From the NCBI GenBank assembly GCA_004022145.1, contig RCNU01000017.1: 64,000 bases of DNA; one strand, 5' to 3'. The notes under the pieces were generated by a model, which was given only the letters and a program-made list of their open reading frames with translations, made no database searches and was not told the DNA's origin. This document shows, piece by piece, positions 1 through 11,195 of this stretch (positions within the stretch are counted from its first letter, which is position 1; every line of letters begins with the position of its first letter). Both the position numbers and the translations under genes were made by a program. The stretch comes from Paecilomyces variotii (lineage: Eukaryota).

Positions 1-1583
1 TATTATAAGAATACTATAATAAATATATATTTAGATATCTTAAAAAATATAAGCTTTATAACTTAATCTTATAAGAATATTACTGGCTAAATATATATTA
101 ATATATAAATTATTAGATCTAGAATTACTATACCTGCTATTATATTATACTCTTAAATAAAGGCTGCTAAAAAGTTTTATACTAGCTCTCTATTCTTAAA
201 TACTTTTAATAAGATATCTTAATAGATTTTATTATTAAACTTATATCTTACTAAGGCTATAATATTATATTAATTATTATAGACCGACTTATAAAAATAA
301 GGCATTTTATTCTCTGCTAGGCTATTTATAATATTAAAAGAATAGCATAATTATATATTTATTATATATAGAAGTTTTATAGGCTACTAAAGACTATAAT
401 ATTTAACTAAAGCCCCTAGTTTATTACTACTTTTTAGAAATATCTAACCTAATATTTAGATATTATAAACTTACTATTTACTACTTACTATTCTAAGATT
501 AATAATTAAATTAAAAAAATAAATATTATTTTAAAATAATACCTGCGCACCTATATTAGCTACTTATAAAATAATTAGGTTAACTAGCTATCTTTAGCTA
601 AGTTTATATTAAACTCCTACTATTTTAAGACTATTAAAATATTACCTTTTTTTGCTAATTATAGGTTTTATCTATATATAGGATTTAAGCCTATTTAGCC
701 TATAAACTAGCCTGCCGCTAAAAATGCTAAAGCCTTTACTAAAAAAATATAAAATATTATAAAATATATCTATACTTAAATCTATATTGCCTAAGCTTAT
801 TATAAAGAGTAGACTAATTATTATTAAATCTTAGCCCGCCGCTATTATATAAGATAGTTTATCTAATTAAATGCTTAAAATATTTATATCTAGCGCCCTT
901 AAAAGAAACTTAATTAGAAGAATCTTAGCCTATTCTATATTATTAAGATTATTAGCCTATATGCCTATTAACTTAACCTATTTACCTTAATATATATCTA
1001 TCTTATATTTAATATTAGCCTGCTTTGCCTTATTATTAAGGATCTTATATCTAGATAAAGATAATCTTTATTACTGCCCATTAAAGTTAATAGCCTTAAA
1101 AAATAAATTATTAAAGATATCCTAGACTCCTAATAAGAATATTATAGGTATAAAGGCCTCTAATTATAATATATTATTAAATAATTAAGTTATAATAACT
1201 TAATTAAAAAACCTGCATATTACCTATAATATGCCTAAAAGATTATTGCTAATTTCTACTGCCGCTACTTAAATAAGCTAAAGCTAGAGAATAATCTTAA
1301 TAAAGCTTAACTTTAAGGAGGGGAATACTATTACAGTGCTAGTATAAGAAATAGAGATCTATCGGCTAATACTTATATAAGATATTATATAATCTTATAA
1401 AGATATCTTTAGCATATAGCTTAATCTAAATTTAAGCTCCTTAAGCTATATCTTATTTACTAAGCCTGCCTGCAATAACCTGTTCTAGTCTGAATTAGCT
1501 AGATAGAGATCCTATAGCTAGTCCTAGTATTAACTACCTTATTCTATTTGTTCTGACCCGCTTCCTGAGCCCGCACCTTAACA
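1..1583 (+). mobile_element. RIP-degraded Ty3/Gypsy (chromovirus-like) LTR retrotransposon, 3' part: integrase, chromodomain, PPT, 3' LTR; runs off the left edge
   Basis: Extremely AT/TpA-rich with no open ORF. Reversing C>T/G>A changes by eye recovers integrase motifs (DISMDFV ~213, VVDRLTKMRHFIPC ~272-318, STAYHPETDGQTE ~478-520, PFFANYGF ~645, RPSKKLDWKNLGPF ~893, HPVFNVSLL ~1000) and chromodomain motifs (EDILDS ~1115, YxVKW-GY ~1170). Confidence 0.85.
1329..1583 (+). repeat. 3' LTR (~255 bp) preceded by a polypurine tract
   Basis: The purine tract AAGGAGGGGAATA (1315-1327) is followed by TATTAC (RIP form of TGTTAC) at 1329. The segment ends TAACA at 1583, giving TGTTA...TAACA termini. 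Confidence 0.7.
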
Positions 1584-1958
1584 CCTTTTATATAGCGATA
1601 TATATAATAATTTATTAATATCTCTAAATTTCCTAAGAGGACGCCTTTATTTTAATAGATAATATTATTATATGCAAGATAAGTAATCTACTCTTAAAAT
1701 TTTAAAATGAGATTATACTTATTAAAGGTAAAATCTTATTTTATATTTTTGCCTTATAATTAAAGTTATAAGGGGAAATTTCACATATTAATATCTTTTT
1801 AGTTTCTTATTAGAACTTATTGGAATTTTTAATATAAGCTATTTAATGTATCTATTTTAATATTATCCATTAAAATATAGGTGTCCCTTTAGAAACTTTT
1901 GAGATATTGATGAATTATTGTATGTACCTTTTGTATGATGACGCCATACAAAAGGTAC
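1583..1958. mobile_element. Small non-coding foldback/MITE-like element with long degenerate terminal inverted repeats
   Basis: 1599-1667 matches the reverse complement of 1858-1926 at 57/69 nt, and 1583-1597 matches the reverse complement of 1942-1956 at 13/15 nt. There is a perfect 14-bp hairpin at 1924-1958. Confidence 0.6.
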
Positions 1959-2742
1959 TTTTAAACTACGGTGGTTTCTTCAACTACGCCAGGGCTCACC
2001 CACGACGGCAGGAGTGGGTGAGCTAACAGTCACGGATACAGCCTAACCGGCGGTATTATTATTCTCGTGGGACGAACATACACAGGGCTATAAATATATT
2101 GCGAACCCCACCCTTTAGAGTCTACCGTATTTAGGGAGCTTCAACCATGGCCAGACTACTACTCTATAGACGGAACTAAGCCATCCAATAAAACGCTACG
2201 GCACACTGCTCGTTAACCCACTACATACTTATCCTACGAAACTCGGATGTGAAATCGAAACAAGTAGGAGTAGCAGGTATTTCTTGATTACGGCTAGAAC
2301 AGACACAGGGAGAAACCGGGGTAACGATTAAGTCCACCCCTAAGATTGACAGCACAGGGCTTTCCCCCAGAAACTCAACGGGTTTTGAGCAACTGGATAT
2401 CTTTCCCTCATAAGTGCCAGTCAATTTTTTGGCCTTGCTGAATTTCCCCCACCCGCAATCAAACGCAAAAAGCGAACATCTAACCGGAATCACTACCATG
2501 CAAGTGACCAGTGCTCATCAGTACTTTTTCTCAGACATAGCTTGTCTGATAAATTTCTTCCAGACGAGGTGGCTAGGGTAGAAAGAACATGTCAAAGAGT
2601 TGGCTGGGAGATGTATGTTGTTTAAAATTTTTTGTTCAAGACGGCTCCGAGAGCATTTTGCGCGAAGCTGCAGAAATGACTTTCCAGGGTTCCATATTTT
2701 TGGTTACTTTTCTCCTCAACGGCACTCCTCATCAGCGACAAT

Positions 2743-3712
2743 CTACCACTTGGTCTCGGTGGGCTGAGCCTCAGCCCAGCTCTCGCCAGGAGCAGCAGCG
2801 GCGGCAGCAGAGCCAGCAGCCCAGTCACCACCGTCAGCCTCCCAGCTGGTGCCAGCAGGGCCAACAGCGCTAGCAGCGGCAAAGGCAGTACCAGGGGCAG
2901 AAGCACCAGCACCAGCAGCATCCCAGCTCTCACCGGCGAATCCGGACTCAATGGCAGCGGGGCCAACCTCCTCAGCGGAAGCAACCTTGGTCTCGTCGAC
3001 GATCTCCTTGTTCTCCTCGGCCTCAGGGTCACGGTAGAAGTACAGGTCAACGGCAACGTCCCACTCAGCCTCGCGGGAGGCAAGGGTACCACGGAGGCGG
3101 AGGACCTCACGGGCGAGCAGCCACCAGACCAGACCGATGGAGTGACGACCCTTGTTGTTGGTGGGAATGGCAACGTCGACGAAGTCGGTGGGGGAGTCAG
3201 TGTCGCAGAGAGCAATGACGGGGATGTTGACGTAGCTGGCCTCCTTGATGGCCTGGGCATCGGTGCGGGGGTCGGTAACGACGATCAGGCGCGGCTCCTT
3301 GAAAGAGCGAGTGATGTAGTTGGTGAAGTTACCGGGGGTGAAGCGACCAGCGATAGCAGTGGCTCCGGTGTGAGCGGCGAACTTCAGGACAGCACGCTGA
3401 CCGTAGGGACGAGCGGAGATCACACAGATGTCGGCGGGGTTGTCAATGGACGCGATGATACGGGCGGCCAGGACAATCTTCTCCCTGAACACGCCGTTAG
3501 ATGCTTCGCCTGCAATTGTCATTCCAATCCAAATTATCCTACCAGGTCTTGCCAATGTTGATGACATTGATGCCATCGGGACGAGTCTTCCAGAGGTAAG
3601 GCTCCATGTGCACCTGGAGGTTCTTCGAGCCGAGGTGGCACTGAGCTGCGAGCAGCATCTCAATGTCCTGGCTGGTGGCATTGAAGATCGGGGGGAGCTG
3701 GGAGGGGGCCAT
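2743..3712 (-). CDS. RPS0: 40S ribosomal protein uS2/S0
   Basis: Exon 1 from ATG 3712 reads [10 protein letters not shown]...[32 protein letters not shown]. Intron 3542-3485 is GT..CAG. Exon 2 reads [18 protein letters not shown]...[29 protein letters not shown]. Confidence 0.97.
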
Positions 3713-4060
3713 GGTGGGCGACTGATATCTGTGGTAGATATGGAATTGAGAATATCAATCGTCTGGCGCTTGTCGCGATGGTGAGAGGAGTGGGAAGGAG
3801 ACGCGGAGAATCCAAAGGGAACTTTTGACGCTTCGGCGCTGGATATACTAGTTAGTTTTTTTCGCTTCGGGTTGTGGGTTAGGGCAAAACACGTGCCAAG
3901 ACTTTCATGTTGCTGTATGATCACGTGCAGGGACAGACAGCGCCAGTGCCGATCGGGGTTAGCGCACCTCCGGCCCGATTTCGAGATTTCGGAGTTGCGA
4001 CAAAGCATCGTGAACTGTCGTTGCGGAGGCTGTTCGAGGTAGACGCCCTCGTTTCCCAAG
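3713..4060. promoter_or_regulatory. Bidirectional promoter between RPS0 and the mitochondrial S15 gene, with TTAGGG and CACGTG motifs
   Basis: 348 bp separate the divergent ATGs. GGGTTAGGG is at 3876-3884 and CACGTG at 3890-3895 and 3922-3927. Confidence 0.55.
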
Positions 4061-5042
4061 ATGCCGCCCCGTATTCTCTTTCAGTCGCCTTTGAAGGCGT
4101 TCGCTGGTATGTGCTGATAGCCCGGAAACCCCCCTATTCTATTCGTGCTCGTACTCACCTTATGTTGCAGGTTCGTCCTGTGTACAGAACCCAATCACGG
4201 CGTTGTCCTTGAGACCATGCAAGACCTCTATCAGAGCCGGCTCGATCGAAGCCAGGGAGCGGAGAAGGCATGACCCGTTCCTCATGGCCCAATCCCGCCA
4301 GCGTAAAGCTGCCAACCTGTCTCGCCAGAAAGCCCTGCGTGAAGAGCGAGAAGCGGCCCTGGGCAACCCTGTCGAGAGCAAACCCACGGCTTTCATCGAA
4401 TCTCTCCAGAGCCTTCAGAAACCGGATGCCACCATTGATCCCAAGTCTGCTGATGCACTCAATTATTTCCTGAAGACCGACGAGCTCAACCAAGCGCTTG
4501 AGTATTCGAAGACCCTCACATCTCCTCTGGAGAACCCGGACCGTGATACTGCAGACCCTCAACTCGAGAAAGAAGCGGCAGAGCGGCACCTGCAGGAACA
4601 TCGAAATGCCCAAGAAGCTATTAGCCGGATCGTCAATCTAGCAAACGGTAACACCAAAGACCGTACTCGAGTCAACATCCAGAAATGCATCGAGACTTTT
4701 GGACGACACAAGACCGATCAGAGTCTCCCGCCAAAACCGGCGGCTATTACACACGAATCCGCGCCGAACCACCCACAGAAGGCACCCCGTGCTGGCCCAG
4801 ACACTGGCTCGCCGGAGGTACAGGTCGCCATCCTCACCACTAAGATTCTGAACCTCTCCCGTCACCTCCAGGGTACGAACAAAGACAAGCACAACAAGAG
4901 GAACCTGAGACTTCTGGTTCACAAGAGGCAGAAGCTTCTTCGGTACCTGCGCAAGAAGGAGAGAGGTGGACCGAGATGGCAGAACCTCATCGAGAGTTTG
5001 GGGCTCTCCGATGCTGCCTGGAAGGGAGAGATCAGCATCTAG
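4061..5042 (+). CDS. MRPS28: Mitochondrial ribosomal protein uS15m
   Basis: ATG 4061 ([15 protein letters not shown], presequence-like) and intron 4107-4170 (GTATGT..TTGCAG) join in frame to ORF 4203. The S15 signature is [13 protein letters not shown]...[25 protein letters not shown]. Confidence 0.92.
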
Positions 5043-6295
5043 GAGGCATTACTTCGTACTTTGAGTTAGATACTCGTGCATCTGCGCTGTCGTATCTAAC
5101 TGGCCCCTGACGTTTATGATTTCATTGTCTGCTCCAATGGGTCGAGCGTCTGCCATTTCTCGCCCCGAGTTTCTTTGCTTTCAAGAGAGCCTGATATCCC
5201 TATGGGTAGCCTTTTGTATAAATATCTTAGTTACGCCCTCGAATGTACAACAAGCATCAGCGAAATCCACCTCTTTATCATTTTAAGTCGTGAATCAATT
5301 ACCCAAGATGTGATCCTAGGTAGTAGATATTGAGAGCCAGAGATGATTCCATTCGAGACACGCCTTCATACCTTGAATCTCCTCCGAACGCCCCCAAATT
5401 CGTCTGTCCATCTGAACAACTGCCCGCTGCTCGGGGCCTTAGCTATTCTCAATTGGTTGCTCTTTGGTGATAGATTTGCCTGCCTCCCTGGCTTGGATCC
5501 CTTACGACACGGTCACTGTCCAGCTGCAAAGTTTCACCATAGATGAAGGGCAGCCAATGATCTATGGCAGCACTCAGCCGTTCCGTCTTGACTCGTCCCT
5601 CGATAATTGCCAGGATTGCCATCGTATTCGCAGCGGCAAGGCGACAACCGCGGGGGGCCAGCCAGCGTGGCGGGCTCACCGCCTTTCAAGGGCAAGACGC
5701 ATTCTGCCGGGACGTCACCATCATTTTCAACTCCTCCAGTCTTCCGCGAAACAATTCGGTCGAACAACACAACGACACAGCAACCCCAACCGGTTGTTGT
5801 TATGACTCCTGTCTCTTCCCCGTAGGGACACGTCTCTTTCAAAACAAAACATCACCACAACCCTCCTCCTCCCTTTTCCTGTTACGACCATCCTTCCTCC
5901 GTTTCTACCACACTCTTCCTTTGCAATCGCAACTTCTTCTTCGTCAAATTTCCGATAGACACGTCTCGTTAGCTATTTCTGGCGTCTATTGAGCTTCCAA
6001 GGTTCTGAATACCTGATCTTGTCTCGAACGCACTGATACGCGTCTCTCGTCTTCAACCCCTCAACAAGGTTCAATCCTTTCCTTAGCAACGTCCCCTGGT
6101 CTCTTCTGTCATCTGTTAAGTTCGGACTCAACGTCTTCTCATCTACGGACTGCGTGGTCACAGAGAACCTTATCTTCTGGGATACTCCTGATTGTCTACT
6201 TCTTTCATAACCTGGTCAATAGCAGCGAGCTCAGTTTTCTCCTTCGCCTGCAGGTGAACGCAGCACGGCTACTGGCACGTAGCTGACTCGAGAAA

Positions 6296-9200
6296 ATGCG
6301 TACTCGCTCACAGCCCGTATCGCCCGGTGGCTTTGTGTCACTCGATACGGCTCGCGCTCCTCGTCGTAAGAGGACGACTACAACTACTGCGTCGAGCACC
6401 ACAAAGGCCGAGAAGAGCGCCCCGAAACAGCAGACGAAGAAGACGACTACTACCAAGCGAACCCGGAAAACAACTGCATCGCAGAAGAAAACTTCAAAGA
6501 AGGCCGAACCAACTAGTTCTGAAGAACCCCAGAGCACAAATGAAGAGGAAACACAGACAGAAACTCAGGTGTCAGTTATCGTCCAGCAGCCGACAACTGA
6601 GACTACAGAGAATACAGAGAATACACAGAATACAGAGAATACACAGAATACAGAGAATACACAGAATACAGAGAGTGAGCACCCTTTTTCTTCTTGTCAC
6701 CCTTCTACCACCCAGGGAACCCAAGAGACCCAGGAATCTAGCCCACAGCGACCTCTACTTGAGGCAGACAGACCCAGTCAGGAAACCCCTTCCACTCCTG
6801 TCCGTTATACTGGCCCCGAAGGAAATCACACTTCTATCCTGGAACCTCCTAGTGCTTCTTCTATCGACACGCCTTCTGCTGGAGCTGCTTTGTATGCCGC
6901 TGCCCATGCAGCTATCTATGCTGCGTCGCCTTTTGAATCAAGACTTGCAGATACCCAGGTTACTCCTACTACACATGTGTCTACAACAGTTGCCTCTCCA
7001 ACCGCAGGACTATCTCCAGACGTCTCTCTTGCCCCCTTTTCTGAACAGCGTACCCCAACTGCTACACGGACTGATCACCATGACTCTTCTGTTTTGGCTT
7101 CACCATCCCTGCCTGCGCATGTCGCCACTGAATTGGCTCAAAACACTTCTCCTGTTGACACCGAAATGTCCGATGCCCCGTCTTTGGAACGTCGTTCTCG
7201 GTTCTGGCATCCCACTTTTCTTTCCCCTATTCTAGAAGAGCAAGAGTCGAGTCCAGCTGCTTCACGGAGTCCGCACGTCACCTTGCGGTCTGCAATCTCC
7301 GAGGCTCAGGATTACCGTTCTTCCGTCTCATCTCCCGCTGTTGATTTGCCATTCACCCCAGTGAGAGCTCTGGCTAGACCAGTCTCTCGTCTGGGTCATA
7401 GAGAGGATGTCTTTCTGTCAAGTTGCCCTGCTGTTGACTCTCCTTTTACACCGATGAGGGCTGCCGCCTTGGCTAGACCAGTCTCTCGTCTGGATCATAG
7501 GGCAGATACCTTCCCACCGAGTTCACCGCACACCCCGTTACGCACACCCATTGTCTCGAGAGCGTCTGGATATAGTGTTTCTCCCGCAGCATTCTCTTTT
7601 TCGTCTTCATCCCCTCTTTCTTCCCCTCCTGAGAACCTATCGCCTGTGCCGCTAAGCACACTCGGGAGTCATCAAACTTCTGCTACCCAGACTACCCCTG
7701 GTTTGCTCCGTCGTCATCAAACCCAATATACCCATCATGGATATCTTAACCAGTGTCATTGTTGTGGCGCAACCCTGCGATGCCCTAATGGACACCCGCC
7801 TGGAAATTCCCAGTCTCGAGACCCTGGATCTTCCCGCAACAAAGCGCTAACAAAGCGAGTAGCACCCATTAGGAAACGTACCCGCGATAATTCGTCCGAT
7901 GATGAAGCGTCCGATATCATCACCCCTTCGAATAAGCGCCGCAACACGGGGCCTCCCGGGAGCACCCCTTTCGCGCGACGGTCTACACCTCTCTCTAGCC
8001 GACTTATCAACAGGGCTATCCCGTTCTCCGAACAACGCCGGCGTCGACTGCTCGAGCAACAAGGGCGCATCGACAAGACCCTCTTCCGCCTTCCCCAGCT
8101 TATTTCTCAAGCTGAATCTGATCGTCAGGCCTCGAATGAGCCCGAAATTGCTCCATGCGAACTGTCTCCGCTGGTTAGACACGTTGACGCAAACAAGGAG
8201 AACCAAGGGTCTGAACCTGATAGCCAACAGCCTTCAACTCCCGAGAACCCCCGGAGAGGTTGGGGCCTTAGTGGACTCTTCAGCTCTGTACCTCGCTCTT
8301 TCTCAAGGATCCTTCCTACATTGGGCCTTTCTCCGGAGCGGCCTGAATCTTCTGGTACGTTCCCCACCCCTGTAAGTGTGTCTTCAACTAAATCATCGCA
8401 GGTACTACAGCGCCTGCTTCGGAACGCATCAGTCGTACGGCAGCTACTAGCCCCGTCTCAGCCCTATCCTTCGGCGTCACGGGTAAAACGGCAACAGCTA
8501 ATAAAAAGCCGAAGGAGTCAAGCCCTCACGATCTCTCGTATTCTTTGTTCCCGGCCCCGATCGATAGAAGCCGATATCTACCAGTGCGCTCCGACTCACG
8601 GGTCGATACAAAGCGGAGGAAGCTGAGTGACGGAAAGAAACTCGTGGTTGAGCAATCCGGAGCTTCAACCACTCCCGAGCCAGCCCAAAAGGAACCAGAT
8701 GCAGATGCAGATGCTAAGGATGGCGGAAAGAAGCGCAAGCGTCCTTCCACCTCTCCTGACGTGATCCCTAACCCTCCCGGGACCAGCTATGGACTGGACT
8801 TAGACTATTTTACCTACGGCAGCGAAAGCGAAGAGGAGAGCGAAGAAGCCCAGCGCACGACGACTATTCCTGATACGCGCCCGGTTCGTAGCATTCTTCG
8901 GCCTCAGCGACCGCCACCCAAGCGTGTCCGCTTCGATACTAGTCCAGAGAATACTCCTTCCAAGCTTCGTCTTCGTGCCACGGATTCCTACACCGGTCAA
9001 CAGTTTGTGGGCGTTCCTGACCTCTTTGCTCCTCGAGACAACGCCACTCGTCAAGCTGCTGTTCCTCATCCAGACACCGCAACGACGGCTGCTACAGTTC
9101 CTGTCAGTCAAACTACCGTTGAACAACCCACCCAGCGCTCCCCAGGCTTCATCCCGAACCAGTCTGGGACGTTCCGCCTTGACTACGACGCGTTTTCCAG

Positions 9201-9789
9201 CGACAGTGAGTCGGGTGGAGAACCCACCCCCGCGCCCTTGACGCCACAAGCCCAGCCGCCTGCGTCTCGAGAGGAGACAGAAGAGTATGTTACCACCTCA
9301 TCCACGAAAGACCGTATTCGTGAACGTACCGCTAACTGTAATATCAGGTCACGCCCCCCGGCGTGGACTCAACCTCCACCACCTCGCCCGACTCCGGCAC
9401 ATGCTGCACTCCCGTCGACGACCGAACCGGCAGTCGACAATCATGCCCTCGCAAAGGCCCGTTCCCAGGCTGAAAAGTACAAGCCAAAGACCCCCTCGGG
9501 GCTTCGTACCGCGAGTCGTTATGCCAGCCCAATGGGCGCTTCACCTTTGGGTGAAATTTCTGCTGGAGATGACGACTTCGCTCGTGATGCGCAGTGGCTT
9601 CTTTCTAACTGCCCGTCTGGGGACCTCAACCAACTCTCTTGGCCGAAGCAGGGAGCTCTGGTCGAGAGCTTGGGCGTCGACCCGGAAGCTGGTCGACTTC
9701 TTGCCCAGCTCTGGGACGAAGAGGAGGTGGAGGAAGGCTACGGCGCCTTCACCCGTAGCCTCGGGGAGTTCGCAGAGACCCTGGCGTAA
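6296..9789 (+). CDS. Large S/T/P-rich disordered protein (~1130 aa), likely nuclear; candidate nuclear-basket nucleoporin (see findings)
   Basis: ORFs 6296 and 8545 are joined by intron 8355-8401, which restores frame; a second, in-frame intron lies at 9285-9347. NLS-like clusters (RKRTR, KKRKRP, PPKRVRF) and many SP/TP sites are present. Confidence 0.8.
6605..6676 (+). repeat. Coding minisatellite, 8 x 9-nt ACA(G/C)AGAAT encoding TEN/TQN
   Basis: Directly visible tandem array with an alternating 18-nt higher-order period. Confidence 0.9.
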
Positions 9790-9880
9790 GCCAGCTGGGC
9801 TCTGTGGCTCCTTAGAGCCAACATAATTCGAGGCTATTGTTGGAATCCGGTGCATTGTTTTTGTTTTGTGCTTTTATTTC

Positions 9881-9985
9881 TTTTTCTTTTTCTTTTTCTT
9901 TTTCTTTTTCTTTTTCTTTTTCTTTTTCTTTTTCTTTTTCTTTTTCTTTTTCTTTTTCTTTTTCTTTTTCTTTTTCTTTTTTTTT
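9881..9985 (+). repeat. (TTTTTC)16 hexanucleotide microsatellite plus T9
   Basis: Perfect tandem array about 90 nt after the stop codon at 9789. Confidence 0.95.
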
Positions 9986-11195
9986 GTCCTTGACCCCTTC
10001 GCCGAAGTTGGGTCTCGGGCCCTTCCTTTACACGGCTGGGCCGCCCTTTCACGGGCATAGGCCCCCGTTGTTTTTTGTGTTTTTTCCAGACAGCTCTCTG
10101 TCATTTTGTAAAGCGAGGAGTACAATAATTGTTGTTTTCATATTTGGCTTGGGCGATTTGCAATTTGTTTCACACACTCACTGCAAGATTTCAGGAGTGT
10201 TGCGTCCCAGGGAATGCATTTGATTGAGAAGCACATTAATAGTAAGCATTTGTTGTGAAGTACGTTTGTTAAAACATTTTCTTCCTACATCCATAGCAGA
10301 AGGTTATAGATTTCTTTGTGTCACAGTAAGACATTCATGCTTCGAGCGAGGCCTTCTCTTAGGCCCTGGGATATAAGACTGCTCTTGCAATTACGAGAAC
10401 CACAGTCCTTGTTAGAGAGGTCGTGGCAGGAAAATATAGTACTAAGCATGTCGGCATAAAACCGTCCAAGTTAGATCTCGTCGGATATCAGCCAGTGGAA
10501 GATAGATACAGTAACCGAACAGAATTAATCAAAATCCTATCCTACTGCCTCTATGGTTGCTTTCCATCGACAGAGCATATAAATGTTTTCTGAGAATACG
10601 CGTCCCCAATGCACTGGTTATCTCAGATATCTTTCTACTAGTTTCTAATGATGACCTATGAAATTAGACGCGCAGACTCCTCATGATTACCATGAAGCAT
10701 TGATATTATCAAGTAGAGGTACGATGCGACTGACTGATTGCGCTTTTCCATATTTATTCATTATATAGCAAGACTAAACCTTAAAGACTCACTATACATA
10801 CATACTCGTTTAGTTCTTCATTGGACGAGATCGAGATCGTCCACAGACATGGTAGCCACCGCTGGCATGATGATGAAGTGCGCGTACCGCGTCAGTCGTC
10901 CCCGCTAGACTAGACAAGGATTCTTTCTTCTGTTTCCATATTCGCTTGATCGTTCGGTCGTAATGTTGAAATATACACATTCTTTCCACGATGTATGTAC
11001 AAGGCACGTAGGATTTTGTTTTTGGCAGAATACGCCAGCAGATCATACCCAGCGAGGGCAGGAAGGGCTGCTCCCACTTCATGGGAGCGAGATAGGTGGG
11101 AATGACGCCGATGATGTCGAGGCACTGACCTCCTTTGATTGATCCGTTTGCAGGCTTAAAAATGGCTTGATAATAAAAAGACTGCGGCTTCACAT

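Noticed and set aside
1960-2460. Possible telomerase RNA 3' end: ATAAGT at 2410 and Sm-like AATTTTTTGG near 2423
   Set aside because: There is no CCCTAACCC template upstream, the upstream DNA is RIP'd transposon, and both motifs are short enough to occur by chance.
3713-4059. N-terminal extension of RPS0 in the 438-aa ORF
   Set aside because: It is out of frame with true exon 1, and the conserved S0 N-terminus starts at 3712.
9834-10223. ORFs with poly-KR, poly-FS, poly-F and poly-K
   Set aside because: These are translation artefacts of the (TTTTTC)n microsatellite.
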